In this document: positions 1 through 10,262 of the stretch, piece by piece
Layout of the letters: each line of letters begins with the position of its first letter
Numbering within the stretch: the first letter of the stretch is position 1
Assembly (NCBI GenBank): GCA_965248925.1
Contig: CBDFLE010000006.1
Span: 4,864,001-4,928,000, forward strand
Reading direction: 5' to 3'
From: Candidatus Multivoradales bacterium
GTDB taxonomy: Bacteria > Acidobacteriota > Thermoanaerobaculia > Multivoradales > J023
DNA: 64,000 bases
The notes under the pieces: generated by a model
Seen by the model: only the letters and a program-made list of their open reading frames with translations
Databases searched by the model: none
Told to the model about the DNA's origin: nothing
Made by a program: the position numbers and the translations under genes

Positions 1-69
1 TCTGAAGAAATTCGCCGCCGCCGACCCGCCCGGCTGGGCCGGCGGCTCTGTCGCAGAACTAGGAAGAGG

Positions 70-2439
70 ATGCAGACGATGTCGATCAGTCCGAGAACGA
101 GAGTCTTGTGCGCCATGGTGGCGCTCGTCGGCCTGCTGCTGGCCCCGGTCGCTTTTGCCGACCCCCAGACCAGCGCCGAACAAGCCGATAGCGGCCTCTA
201 CATCATTCGTTTCAGTGAGCAATCACTAGCTATGTACAGCGGCGGTGTTGAGGGCTTGGCAGCCACCAATGCTCGCTCCCTCGGCGCCCGCAAGCTGAAC
301 GCCCGCAGCCCAGCTAGCTTGGCTTATCTGGACTTCCTCGCCGAGCGGCAAACGGCACACATGGACGCTATCGAACAGAGCATCGGCCGTTCGGTCGAGG
401 TGCGGCATTTCTACCGGGCGGTGCTCAACGGCGTGGCGGCGCGGATCGACGCCAGCGAGGCTGCGGCGGTGACACAGTTGCCGGGAGTCATCTCGGTGAC
501 CAAGGATCGGGCCTTTGCTCTGGACACCGACGCTGGCCCTTCCTTCATCGGCGCGCCGGCCATTTGGGATGGCATCGCCACCGCCGGCCTGATGGGCTCA
601 AAAGGCGAGGGTGTGGTGCTTGGCAGTCTCGACGGCGGCCTCAACCAGATCCATCCCTCCTTCTCCGATAGCCCGTCCGATGCCTACGTCTACACCAACC
701 CGTTCGGCGCTGGCACCTTCTCGGGCTGGTGCGATCCGGGGAATCCGAATTTCTCGCCAATCTACGCCTGTAACGACAAGCGTGTTGGCGGTTGGGACTA
801 CGCCGATGCTAGTTGGGGCGATGAAACCGACGGTCCTGGCGACAACGGTGGCCATGGCAGCCACACCGCTTCTACCGCCGCCGGCAACTCCCTCGACAGC
901 CCGGCGATCTCGGGGGTCGCGCCGCATGCCTCCGTTGTCAACTTCGATGTCTGCGGCCTGGCTGGCTCGTGCTTCACCAGCGACTCGATCGCCGCCACCA
1001 ATCAAGCGGTGATAGACGGCGTCGACGCCATCAACTTTTCGATCGGTGGCGGCGGCTCGCCGTGGAGTGATGCTGATTCGGGCTTTCTCGATGCGGTGAC
1101 CGCGGGCGTCTTCGTCGCCGCTAGCTCGGGCAATGGCGGTCCCGGCGCCGGCTCCACGGGTCACCACGGTCCGTGGGTGATGACGGTTGGTAACTCGACC
1201 CACGATCGGGTCAACAATGAGAATGATCTGGTGAGTATGTCTGGCGGCGGCGCGCCGCCGGCCGACATCGACGGCGCCAGCTTGACCACCGGCTATGGCC
1301 CGGCGCCGGTGGTCTTTGCGGGGGATTTCGCCAATGGCGATGTCGATCCGGAGCAGTGCCTGACCGCGTTTCCTGGTGGTACCTGGAGCAGTGGTGAAAT
1401 CGTGGTCTGCGACCGCGGCGCGATTGCCCGAGTGCTGAAGTGCCAGAACGTGAGTGACGGCGGTGCTGGCGGCTGTATCTTGGCCAACGTCGCCGGTGGC
1501 GCTGCGACGATTGTCGGTGACGCCCATGTGATACCGGCGATCCACGTCCTGGAAGCTGATGGCGATGCCTTGCGCGCTTGGTTGGCGAGCGGTTCAGGGC
1601 ATATGGCGACCATCACCGGTTCGGCGTTGGTCACTGATCCGGCGGTGGGCGACATCATGGCCGGTTCGAGTTCGCGCGGACCCACTAGCATCAACGTTAT
1701 CAAGCCCGATGTCACCAATCCGGGTACGGCGGTGTTTGCGGCGGTCAATGTCGATGCGATCCCTGGTTTCACCGGCCCGCCGTTCGGCTTCCTGTCGGGC
1801 ACCTCGATGTCGAGCCCGCACACCGCTGGCGCGGCGATGTTGTTGATCTCGGTGCACCCGGCCTGGACGCCGATGATGGTCAAGTCGGCCCTGATGATGA
1901 CCGCCGACACCACCGTGTTCAAGGAAAATGGCACCACCGATGCCGATGCCTTCGACTATGGCGCTGGCCGGGTGGATCTGACCCAGGCCGCTGAAACCGG
2001 CTTGGTGATGGACGAGACCGGGGCTAACTTCGTCGCCGCCAACCCGGCGACCGGTGGTGATCCTCGGACATTGAATATCGCCAGCTACCAGGACTCAGCC
2101 TGCGATGGCACTTGCGGCTTCAGCCGGGTGCTGACCAAGACCATCTTCGGCGCCGGAGCCAACTGGACCACCGGTACCACCGATCCGGCGGGGATCAACT
2201 TCACCGCCACGGCGATCGACAATGGGGCCACCATCGATCTGCGAGTGACGATCGACGTCAGCGACGACACGCCAACCGGCTTCCTCTTCGGCGAGGTGCA
2301 GTTGTTCGCCGACGATCTGGCGTTGCCCGATCTGCACTTGCCGGTGGCGATCATTCCCACCGGCGTCTCGACGCTGATCTTCGGAGATGGTTTCGAGTCT
2401 AACGACGTCACCCTGTGGTCGGGGTCGGTCGGTATCTAA
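70..2439 (+). CDS. Secreted S8 (subtilisin-like) serine protease with I9 propeptide and PA domain
   Basis: Signal peptide; catalytic motifs LDGG, HGSHTASTAAG, GTSMSSPH; PA-domain IVVCDRG; C-terminal LIFGDGFESND tail; AGAGG RBS. Confidence 0.95.
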   Translation: MQTMSISPRTRVLCAMVALVGLLLAPVAFADPQTSAEQADSGLYIIRFSEQSLAMYSGGVEGLAATNARSLGARKLNARSPASLAYLDFLAERQTAHMDAIEQSIGRSVEVRHFYRAVLNGVAARIDASEAAAVTQLPGVISVTKDRAFALDTDAGPSFIGAPAIWDGIATAGLMGSKGEGVVLGSLDGGLNQIHPSFSDSPSDAYVYTNPFGAGTFSGWCDPGNPNFSPIYACNDKRVGGWDYADASWGDETDGPGDNGGHGSHTASTAAGNSLDSPAISGVAPHASVVNFDVCGLAGSCFTSDSIAATNQAVIDGVDAINFSIGGGGSPWSDADSGFLDAVTAGVFVAASSGNGGPGAGSTGHHGPWVMTVGNSTHDRVNNENDLVSMSGGGAPPADIDGASLTTGYGPAPVVFAGDFANGDVDPEQCLTAFPGGTWSSGEIVVCDRGAIARVLKCQNVSDGGAGGCILANVAGGAATIVGDAHVIPAIHVLEADGDALRAWLASGSGHMATITGSALVTDPAVGDIMAGSSSRGPTSINVIKPDVTNPGTAVFAAVNVDAIPGFTGPPFGFLSGTSMSSPHTAGAAMLLISVHPAWTPMMVKSALMMTADTTVFKENGTTDADAFDYGAGRVDLTQAAETGLVMDETGANFVAANPATGGDPRTLNIASYQDSACDGTCGFSRVLTKTIFGAGANWTTGTTDPAGINFTATAIDNGATIDLRVTIDVSDDTPTGFLFGEVQLFADDLALPDLHLPVAIIPTGVSTLIFGDGFESNDVTLWSGSVGI

Positions 2440-2471
2440 GCGGCTGATTTTCGATCCGAGAATTGACCCTG

Positions 2472-2508
2472 ACGCCCCGGCTCGACTCGCTGTCGACCGG
2501 GGCGTTTT
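2472..2508 (+). terminator. Intrinsic terminator between convergent genes
   Basis: ACGCCCCGG...CCGGGGCGT stem followed by TTT, just downstream of the protease stop. Confidence 0.7.
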
Positions 2509-2530
2509 CGCGTTTGGCGAGCGGCAAACT

Positions 2531-2944
2531 TCAGATCTGTTCGAGCAAGATCCAGCACAGCTCACAGCCCAGCTCACAGCCTTGGCCGCTACCGCGGCAC
2601 GAGCAGGCTCGGCGCCCGCACCTAGTTTCGAGCCCGGCCTCGGTCTCGGTGTCGGAGTTAGTGGCCTGACCGAGTGGCAGGGTGATGCTGCGCGCCAGGC
2701 CCTCGACCTCGAAGTGGACCTCGTCGTCACGCCAGCTCAGGTGGCCAGGCAGGGCTGTGCGGACGAGCGTTTTGGGCACCACACGCGAGGTCTTCCCCTG
2801 GCGTTTGATGAAGGCATGATCGCTGTGGGTGGGGGTAGCCGCTGCCTGGCTCGCGGCGGCTTGTTCTGAGCTTGAACCGGCCAGGGCGGTGCCGACCAGC
2901 AGGCCGCATCCAAGAATCGCCGAGGCTTTGTCAGCTAGTCGCAT
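2531..2944 (-). CDS. Small secreted protein with Cys-rich C-terminus
   Basis: GGAGG RBS, hydrophobic N-terminus, tail CGRRACSCRGSGQGCELGCELCW. Confidence 0.7.
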   Translation of the reverse strand: MRLADKASAILGCGLLVGTALAGSSSEQAAASQAAATPTHSDHAFIKRQGKTSRVVPKTLVRTALPGHLSWRDDEVHFEVEGLARSITLPLGQATNSDTETEAGLETRCGRRACSCRGSGQGCELGCELCWILLEQI

Positions 2945-3150
2945 GGTTTACCTCCGATCGCAATTGCTAATATTACGATTATTCTATTTTAGAATCAAGC
3001 CAGTTGCGATGATCGACAACCCTAGGTGGACTGAACGTGCCGGCTGAAGCTGTCACCGGGGCAAGGGGAGGGGTTCGATGCTGCCGAGATGAGTTCCAGG
3101 CGATTAATCTGGTGCCAGATACCTTTGCGTCAGCAAGTCTGGCAGGCTTT

Positions 3151-3675
3151 CTAACCCTTGTTGTTGGGGGCGGGCGGTGGCCCGCTGGTCGAAGTCTGGG
3201 TGCAAGTGCCAACACAAGGATTGGCGAAACTTCCTCCCCGGCAGATGAAGCTGGTGCAAGATCCACCGGACCCTGGGGTGCAGCCGGACAGGGTGCAGCC
3301 ACCACCGCCATTGCAACTGAAGCCGCACTGAACCTCCCTCAACTGTAGCTCTCCATCCTCGTCGAAATATTCGTAGCTCCGGGTGGTGACACGACTACAA
3401 CTTGAGCTATCGAGACTGGCGCTGCCACTGGCGGTGAGCTTGCCATCGGCGTCTTCATCATAGTCACGGGTCATCGTTCGTCCCTGCGACTGCGAAATGA
3501 GCTTCACGTCGCCAACCGGGACGAGGGTGTAGGCATCCTCAGCCAGCGACACCGCAACCTCGTCTGCGGTGAGATCCTCGATGCCAATACAAATTGCGGG
3601 ATCTTCCTCGGCTCCGGCAGCTAGAGGGCAGCAGAAGAGCAGAGAAGCAAGGGCTAGGGACGGTAAACGACGCAT
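3151..3675 (-). CDS. Secreted protein with 8-Cys Gly/Ser-rich C-terminal domain
   Basis: AGGAGG RBS before ATG 3675; signal peptide MRRLPSLALASLLFCCPLAAGA; tail CGFSC..C..GC..C..C..C..C. Confidence 0.75.
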   Translation of the reverse strand: MRRLPSLALASLLFCCPLAAGAEEDPAICIGIEDLTADEVAVSLAEDAYTLVPVGDVKLISQSQGRTMTRDYDEDADGKLTASGSASLDSSSCSRVTTRSYEYFDEDGELQLREVQCGFSCNGGGGCTLSGCTPGSGGSCTSFICRGGSFANPCVGTCTQTSTSGPPPAPNNKG

Positions 3676-4628
3676 GACAAATCCTCCTGAGGCTAATACT
3701 TTCAACTTCTCTGGATCAACCTACGCTTTCTCTCTGTCTTCGTCAACCGATCAGCGGTAGTCAAGCTCCGCAGCAATCCCTGGTAGCCGTGAGGGTAGGG
3801 CGCCGTGGGGTGGGTCAGAAGTGCTGGGCCTAGAGGAACGCGGGGCAACAAAAAACCCCCGCCCGCGAGGAGTACCCTCACGGGCTGAGCCTCTCGGAGC
3901 AGGCGGCCAAGCCTCGCTCGGGGGGCGCGGAGTTTAGCCATCGCTGGGGGTACCGCTGAAGACCTACATGGAAGACCGTCGGCTGGAGACTGCGGTTGAG
4001 CTATTGCGCCACGAAGATCTGCGGATCAGAGAAATCAGCAAGCTGATGGGCTGTTATTCGAACGTTTCGGTCTTCAGCCGCGCTTTCACGCGCTGGAGCA
4101 ATCTGCAGGCGAAAACACTGCGCCAACAGCTACAAGCCAAGTCGCCACTGCCCAGCGTGCCGACCAGCGAGATGCTGACCCGAGGTTTTTGGTACCCGGC
4201 GATGCTGGGCAAATTGGATGCGGAGCAAGAATATCGATTCTGCCGCCATGTCCAGGCGCTCTACCCCAAGAGCCTCAGCCTTGCCACCGCGGAGTCGAAT
4301 GACAGCTCCGCGCCGCGCCCGGAGCGCGTTGACGGACGCCTGCTTGAGCGCTGTAGGGGCGAAGAGATCTGGCAAGAGATCGCCGATCGACCGCAACAAC
4401 AGCAACGCCAGCGGGTACTGGGGGTGGAGTTGCGTAGCACCGAATTTTTCGACCTCCTGGTCCGCAGGAGCCGCGAGGAAGGCCGCAAAGACCGCCAACG
4501 AGGGGTCGATATCGCCCTCTTGGCCCTCGACACCATCGACGCCAGTTCTGACTTGTTGACCGAGGACCCCGCGGAGTTGCATGCCAGAGGCTGGGCCTGG
4601 GTCCAGAACTCCTGACATACCCTTTTTC

Positions 4629-7022
4629 TCAAATGTCCGGTTGAGCCTCTCCGGAGGTGTTCCGAGGCCCTGGGAAGGCCAGGCTCCGGGGTGGCGCCTT
4701 CTTGATCGCGAACCGCATCCGTAGCTCGGTGCCGGGGAAGTGGGTGGCGGTAGCGTTGAGTTCTTCGCAGACGGCGGCGATCGCCGCCGTCTTGTGGGGA
4801 GAGCTGAGCGGGTCGATGGAAAGGAGCAGCACGGTGTCGGTAACCTCCATATCGCCGCCGGCCGCGAAAGCGCTTTGGATCAGGGTGCGTCCCTCCTGCT
4901 CGGTGCGGCGGTAGTGGGGTGATAGGAGCCGGAGAAGATCACCTTCGGCCTGGTAGGCGACCATCTTGAGAATATCGGTGAGGTGCTTGCGCTCGACGGA
5001 CAGCTTGATGACATCCGCTTCGACGACCTCTTGGACGGGGACGCGGACGGGGAGGGTCGCGCGCTGGTTCTCGAGTTCGGTGATCTGCTCTATCGCTGCC
5101 CGGACCCTGGCGGAGATGGCGGCGTTGGCGATCTTGAATCCGCGCATCGTGCGCCGCCGATCCTCGCGGTTTTCAAGAGCAGCGATCCCGATGTGGGCCC
5201 GGAGCTGCTCGAGATGTGCGTGAGCTTTGCGCAGCTCTGCATTGATCTTGCCGCGCTCGGGATTCGGCACATCGCGGGCAGCGTCCGCTGGCTCGGTGCC
5301 ATAGTCCACCAGGGCATCGAGTGCGAATTCTTCGCGCAGGTATTTGAAGAAGTTCTCTTGCCTCCAACGATCGAACATGCGGTAGGCGACCTCGAGTGTG
5401 GAGAGGTCGCGGCGGGAGGTGATGATGGACGTCTGGTGGCCGTTGTCGCAGAGGCGGGTGACCTGGCGCAGGTACAGCCGCTTGCGCTTCTTCCTCGGGC
5501 CATACTCGAGGTAGATACGCTGATCGGCGAGGAGGTACTCGAGCTTCCGCCCGTGGATCGTGTCCTTGATCTGCCCGAACTTGCTCAACGGCACCGGACG
5601 AAAGGGGGCCTTTCGGTATGTGAGGATGTCGAACTTCTTGGCGATGAGCTTCGCAAACAGCTTCGGGCTCCAACCCCCACGGTCGAAGACGACGGTGACT
5701 CGCCGGTCTCCGAGTAGCTTTCGTACCTCTTCGAGAATGAGGGGAAGCATCGTCGCAAGCCCCTTGTTGGCCTCGGTGGGGACCACGAAGAGAGGCTCGC
5801 TCTCAGCATCGTTGACCCAGTAGTCGGTGGTGGCCGGCATCGCGATCCGCATCCGCGCTACGTGTGTCTTGGGAATCTCTCGGCCACCGTGGTAGGCGCG
5901 CACATGCCCGTCCACGTAGAGGAAGCCCATGGCATGGCCCCTGGTGGCGACCCGGCGCTGAGCGAGGGCGCGACCGAGATCCGCGGCCAGGCCATGCGCG
6001 GCCAGCCGAGCGAGCTTGTTGCGCAAGGTTTTCACTTCCGGCGCTCGGTCGAGCCCGAGAAGCTGACCCAAATGCCGGGGTGAGCGCTCCTTGAGCCCTT
6101 CGGGTCGCTTGACCCGCAACAGTGCCATCAGCAGCAGGGTTACCAGAGTGGTGCGCAGCCCATAGAAGGCCGGCCCGATGCTGCCGTACAGCTCCTGCGC
6201 GATGGAGAGCACGCCGCTGTCCACCAGGGCGGGAATCGCCAGCAGAGCACCGGCGCCCGGTAGCTGGGTCGCCGCTCCGAAGATCGGCGCCGCATCATCG
6301 AGGAATCCCAGCCTCGCCAGCAGCCGATCGCTGGCGCGATCCGCTGGATCGAGGTCCAGCGAGAGGGGAACCTGATCTTGCTCGGACGCAGAAGCGGACA
6401 GTTTTGGGTCCGCAGCCGCTGGGTCACCGCCACCCTCAGCGTCGAGCGCAAGATCCGCAGTTTTCAGGGGGCCGTCGACCTGCTGCTCATCAGAGGCGGA
6501 CAGTTTTGGGTCCGCACTCTCGAAGGGCATCGTCATCTGCACTACCGACCGCTCTTTCCAGCCCAGGCGCTTGGCGAGCTTGCGAACGGCCTTCTCATCG
6601 ATGCCCAGCCGCCGGCCAATCTCGCGATTCGACACACCCTCGGCCTTCCAGCCGTTGACCGCGTCCAGGCGGCCCTGCGCTACCCGAGACTGACCCCGGG
6701 GAAAACCGCGCGGCCGGCCCAGAGCAGCCAGCCCACCTTCTTCGAAGCGGCGCTGATTCCGGCGCACAGTCCGCACATCACAAGCGAACGCAAGGGCCAC
6801 CTCGCGTTGCTGTGCCCAGCCCAATTCAACGAGACTCACCATCGCGTGGGCCTCGCCTGTCCTGTCGCCGGCAGCGAAGTGAGCGAGCGGCATGCCGCTG
6901 ACCACCACCACCCGATAGCCGCCCCTCTGCTGGAGGCGGCAGCGGTCGTTGATCACCACAACCCCATCGGGGACCCCGGCGTGGTCTGGGAACAGGACGG
7001 TGTGCTCGCTCGTCAGTGCCAT
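4629..7022 (-). CDS. DDE transposase (IS4-superfamily-like signature) with N-terminal tandem HTH, 797 aa
   Basis: YVDGH, VFDRGGWS, RWRQENFFK motifs; two HTH-like segments near N-terminus; lies between IRs. Confidence 0.9.
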   Translation of the reverse strand: MALTSEHTVLFPDHAGVPDGVVVINDRCRLQQRGGYRVVVVSGMPLAHFAAGDRTGEAHAMVSLVELGWAQQREVALAFACDVRTVRRNQRRFEEGGLAALGRPRGFPRGQSRVAQGRLDAVNGWKAEGVSNREIGRRLGIDEKAVRKLAKRLGWKERSVVQMTMPFESADPKLSASDEQQVDGPLKTADLALDAEGGGDPAAADPKLSASASEQDQVPLSLDLDPADRASDRLLARLGFLDDAAPIFGAATQLPGAGALLAIPALVDSGVLSIAQELYGSIGPAFYGLRTTLVTLLLMALLRVKRPEGLKERSPRHLGQLLGLDRAPEVKTLRNKLARLAAHGLAADLGRALAQRRVATRGHAMGFLYVDGHVRAYHGGREIPKTHVARMRIAMPATTDYWVNDAESEPLFVVPTEANKGLATMLPLILEEVRKLLGDRRVTVVFDRGGWSPKLFAKLIAKKFDILTYRKAPFRPVPLSKFGQIKDTIHGRKLEYLLADQRIYLEYGPRKKRKRLYLRQVTRLCDNGHQTSIITSRRDLSTLEVAYRMFDRWRQENFFKYLREEFALDALVDYGTEPADAARDVPNPERGKINAELRKAHAHLEQLRAHIGIAALENREDRRRTMRGFKIANAAISARVRAAIEQITELENQRATLPVRVPVQEVVEADVIKLSVERKHLTDILKMVAYQAEGDLLRLLSPHYRRTEQEGRTLIQSAFAAGGDMEVTDTVLLLSIDPLSSPHKTAAIAAVCEELNATATHFPGTELRMRFAIKKAPPRSLAFPGPRNTSGEAQPDI

Positions 7023-7070
7023 GCTCGATCATGCCTCGGCACCGAAAAAAGCGGACAGTTTTGGGTCCGC
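6394..7070 (-). repeat. Three copies of 20-bp palindrome GCGGAC-CCAAAACT-GTCCGC (6394-6413, 6496-6515, 7051-7070)
   Basis: Read directly from sequence; identical copies. Confidence 0.92.
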
Positions 7071-8417
7071 ACCACCTCTGAGGGGCGGTCCTGTGTTTTC
7101 AGAGGGTTAGGAGGGGTAGGTCAGGAGGTCTGGGGTCGGCAACGCTCGCCGTCTGGCGCTCGATTTACCCGGCGCCGAACAGGCTTTCAACCGGGCAGAA
7201 ATAGACCTGGCGTCGCGACTTGGGGGCCGAGCGCTCTTTGCCAAGGCCGAGATCTGGCTCTGCCGGGCAGGTCTCCGCCTCGATCAGCGGCGTTTCGATG
7301 AGGCGCTCGAACTGGTCAGTCTGGCAGTACCAATTCTCGACAAATCAGATGATCTACACCGGCTTGTCGAAGCCCGGATCTTCCGGGCTCGCGTTCGCTG
7401 CTATAGCGGTGATGTCGAAGTAGGTGAAGAACTCGGAGGACTTATCCGCAGATTGGCGAAGAATCCAGACATGCGGCTCGAGTTTTCTGCCCTCACACTT
7501 CTCGCTTCGGCCCAAGCCTTGAGTGGCCAGCATCAGCTTGCTCATGCCACGGTGGACCGGGCCAAGGAGATTGCTGCTGGTCTCTCCGACCTGTCTTCAT
7601 TCTGCTTACTGGACTGGCTAGAAGGCTTGGTGGCCAGTGCCCAAGGAGAGATTCCGGCCGCCAACGCTCTCCTGCTTTCTGCTAAGGCAGGCTTCCAGCG
7701 CTCTGGTGCCTTTGGCCATATGGCGAGCGTGGCTTTGGACCTGGCAATCCTCTATGACAGCCAGGACCGCTACCCAGAGGTGATGAGCCTGATGGCCGAG
7801 TCCCTGCCGATCCTCCTTGCACTCAAACTCGACAGTGAGTCCACCGAGGCGCTCGCCTTGCTGGAGAAAGCGATCAAATCGGGCGAACGCCTGTTGGAGA
7901 AACTGATGCAGGTCAGGATGGCTCTTCAGACAGTCCTCCGGCTACCACCCTTGCTGATCGCACCTGTCTAGCCGTGCCCTAGCCTTGATCAGCCGAGAGG
8001 ATCGGCGCTAGGGTAGAACCCAGAGGGGTAGGCGTTCGAGTAGCACCCGAGAGCATAGGCGATAGGTAGATACCCTGTCGGCGCTGGGTACCGCACACCC
8101 TTCAAAGTCGAATTCCCCATAGCTAACTCCTTCTTCCGGTCGGCGCAAGCCGGCTCGGCATGATCCGGCTGCCCTATTGGAGGTGGTGAACCCTAGCGGG
8201 AATCCAGCCTCTTGCACATCCCAAGTGCTAACTGACCCTGCCGATAGCACACGAAAAAGGTCAATAGCTGAGTTCTGGAACCGGTGGGACCCGCGGGACG
8301 GGCGAAGCCGGCGAGCATCTTGCTCGCGCGGCGTTTCAGACTTTGGCTACGCCGCAACAGAAGATCTCGACAGCAAGAACGACCGCCACCGCAGCCGGTC
8401 ACCCTGTGGAGATCACC

Positions 8418-8669
8418 GTGCAAGACCCCGAGTTCAAGACCACCCCCCAGCCACCACCCGGCTGGCGCTACTCGTCCAATGGCCGGGCGACTCTCGACAA
8501 GGACTACGCCTTCGCCCACTGGCGTGAGGCGCTGATCTTTGTCGAGTTGGTGCTCTACCTCGGCGAGCTGGCCGGCTTGCAGCCGGGGATCGTGATCTGC
8601 GGCTCGCGGGTGGCGATCAAGCTTGGGGCTGATGAAGTTCAGTTCGCTCGCCTTCTCGACGCGCCTTGA
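8418..8669 (+). CDS. PCD/DCoH (pterin-4a-carbinolamine dehydratase)-fold protein A, degenerate active site
   Basis: PGWR..LDKDYAFAHWREALIFV pattern; no HHP motif; GGAG RBS before GTG 8418 (alt start 8343); paralog of 48126-48413. Confidence 0.7.
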   Translation: MQDPEFKTTPQPPPGWRYSSNGRATLDKDYAFAHWREALIFVELVLYLGELAGLQPGIVICGSRVAIKLGADEVQFARLLDAP

Positions 8670-8714
8670 ATGGGTGGGCACCAGACTTTGTGGGTGGGTG
8701 CCCGCGTCCCTCCC

Positions 8715-8758
8715 CCTCCGGGCCGGAGATTGCTGTCGCCGGTCCGGAGGTACTTTTT
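8715..8758 (+). terminator. Terminator-like hairpin between PCD-like genes A and B
   Basis: CCTCCGGGCCGG-loop-CCGGTCCGGAGG-TACTTTTT. Confidence 0.75.
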
Positions 8759-8787
8759 CTATCTCTCACCTCGAAGGAAGGATCGCG

Positions 8788-9096
8788 ATGAAACCAGAAC
8801 GCATTCAACTCGGCCTCAAGAGCCTGATCCACTGGCGCCAGTCTGGCGAGACGGAGCAAGCCATCGTCCGTCATTACCGCTTTGTCGACTCGGCCGCGAC
8901 CGTCCGCTTCCTGCGCGAAAGCCTGGAGCTGGCGGAGCACCAGCAGCTGCCGATCGAGCTGCACCTGAAGAACGACGCGCTGAGTGCGCGGCTGCCCGGC
9001 GATTCAGCCTCTGAGCTGACTGAAAGGCACTTTTCTTTGGCCAGAGCGATCGAGAGCAGAGCCCTCGGCGTCACCTTGGTGATCCGCGGTGAGTAG
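8788..9096 (+). CDS. PCD/DCoH-fold protein B, degenerate active site
   Basis: MKPERIQ..W..IVRHYRFVD..ELTERHFSLARAIE (PCD LTxxDxxLAxxI-like ending); AAGGAAGG RBS; paralog of 48515-48826. Confidence 0.75.
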   Translation: MKPERIQLGLKSLIHWRQSGETEQAIVRHYRFVDSAATVRFLRESLELAEHQQLPIELHLKNDALSARLPGDSASELTERHFSLARAIESRALGVTLVIRGE

Positions 9097-9484
9097 CCAG
9101 CGGCAGAACGGCCGCTCGCCCGACAGCCTGCCGATAGGCGATCACGAGCTAAGGCGGCTGGTGCATCAATGCACCGACCGGCTTCTCGAGGTTGAGAGGC
9201 TGCTCAATGTTCCCCGCCTGCACCGGCTCACCGGCACCAAGATCAGCAGATCGACCCGTCCCGTGGATCTTGGTGCGATCCTCCTGAATGGCCTCTATCA
9301 ATGCTCCGTCAAGCCTGCGGCAGCGACGCTCCAGGTGATCGAGATGGCGATAGATCCCGACTGCGGGGTTTCAGACCAAGCCACAGAGATGCTCTTCGAC
9401 TTGCTCCTACACCCGCTGACACCTCCAGACGCGGAGGAAACGGCACCGGGGATACGCGATGACGATTGGGAGGAAGAATCATGA
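9089..9484 (+). CDS. Hypothetical helical protein (cassette gene C)
   Basis: 8-bp overlap with gene B; aligns by eye with 48819-49238 (D.ELR..Q, ST..DL..L..L..C..PA.A.L, QA..L..L). Confidence 0.7.
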   Translation: MSSQRQNGRSPDSLPIGDHELRRLVHQCTDRLLEVERLLNVPRLHRLTGTKISRSTRPVDLGAILLNGLYQCSVKPAAATLQVIEMAIDPDCGVSDQATEMLFDLLLHPLTPPDAEETAPGIRDDDWEEES

Positions 9485-9563
9485 TCCGCGATGCCAGGGA
9501 CCCATCTGACCCAGCGCTGGCCGGATCCTCCGCCGAGCTGTGCTTGGGAAGCGAGGCCACGCT

Positions 9564-10262
9564 GTGAGTGACCCGCAAGACACCAATTTCTACTTGCTCA
9601 AGTTCATGGAAGAGGTCACGGAGAACTTCGAGACGGACGAGTTCGAGAGCTACCCCCAAGAGATCCAGAACAGCCTGCGGGCTCTGCATCACGGCGTGCT
9701 CTCGAAGATGTACCAGGCCAAGGTGCAGGATGCTGAGCTGAGCAGTTTCATCGAGCCTTTTCTGGCGGCGATCGAGGCCGCGACCAAGAGCCTCGCCGGA
9801 CCACAGGATCGTACTAACGAGGCCGCCACTTACGAGCCAGCAAAGCCATTCGACGCCCACCCGCTGAAGCTCACCATGCCTGATGGCACCCTAGAAGGTG
9901 AGGTCTTCTGCCTCTACCTCAACCATCCCTTCCGAGAATCTTGTTTGTCCGAACTCTCACCCGCCCGCTCTGAGCTGGTGCGCCGCTTCGGCATCCTGAT
10001 GTACACCGCGCTGGGTGCGCCGGCAATCTCCGGGCACGACCGAGAATGGGAGGTCCGCGGTGGACTGCTCGACATCGAGCGCGCATTGCGGGCGTTCGAT
10101 ATGTACTCGGACTATGGCCAGACACCGCTGAGCGGACCACTCAAGGGCTGGTGTAATCGCCTGCAGGTGATTGCCACCGAAATGCGCGAGGCTTTCGGCC
10201 GGCTGCCCGGCGAGCTGCCGGGCTCGGCTGCTGCCCAAGGAAGGTCTCCTATCCACGGCTGA
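9564..10262 (+). CDS. Hypothetical protein
   Basis: Long ORF with protein-like composition; GTG start overlaps the stop of a 28-aa ORF (9481-9567) that itself overlaps gene C by ATGA. Confidence 0.65.
   Translation: MSDPQDTNFYLLKFMEEVTENFETDEFESYPQEIQNSLRALHHGVLSKMYQAKVQDAELSSFIEPFLAAIEAATKSLAGPQDRTNEAATYEPAKPFDAHPLKLTMPDGTLEGEVFCLYLNHPFRESCLSELSPARSELVRRFGILMYTALGAPAISGHDREWEVRGGLLDIERALRAFDMYSDYGQTPLSGPLKGWCNRLQVIATEMREAFGRLPGELPGSAAAQGRSPIHG

Larger units (their letters stand above)
4604..7132 (-). mobile_element. Insertion sequence copy 1 (2529 bp, DDE transposase)
   Basis: Terminal IRs CAGAACTCCTGACATACCC / CAGACCTCCTGACCTACCC; 5-bp direct repeat GGGTC at 4599-4603 and 7133-7137; near-identical to 43470-45998. 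Confidence 0.95.
3968..7971 (+). pseudogene. AraC-type HTH + TPR-like regulator interrupted by IS
   Basis: N-part EDRRLETAVELL..VFSRAFTRWS (AraC HTH). Removing the IS and one GGGTC copy joins 3968-4603 to 7138-7971 in frame (..RGWAWV|GNARRLALDLPGAEQAF..), ~489 aa. In-frame TAG at 3935 suggests the 5' end is also eroded. Confidence 0.88.

Noticed and set aside
2556-2582. Short tandem repeat CAGCTCACAGCC
   Set aside because: Simply encodes GCELGCEL on the minus strand
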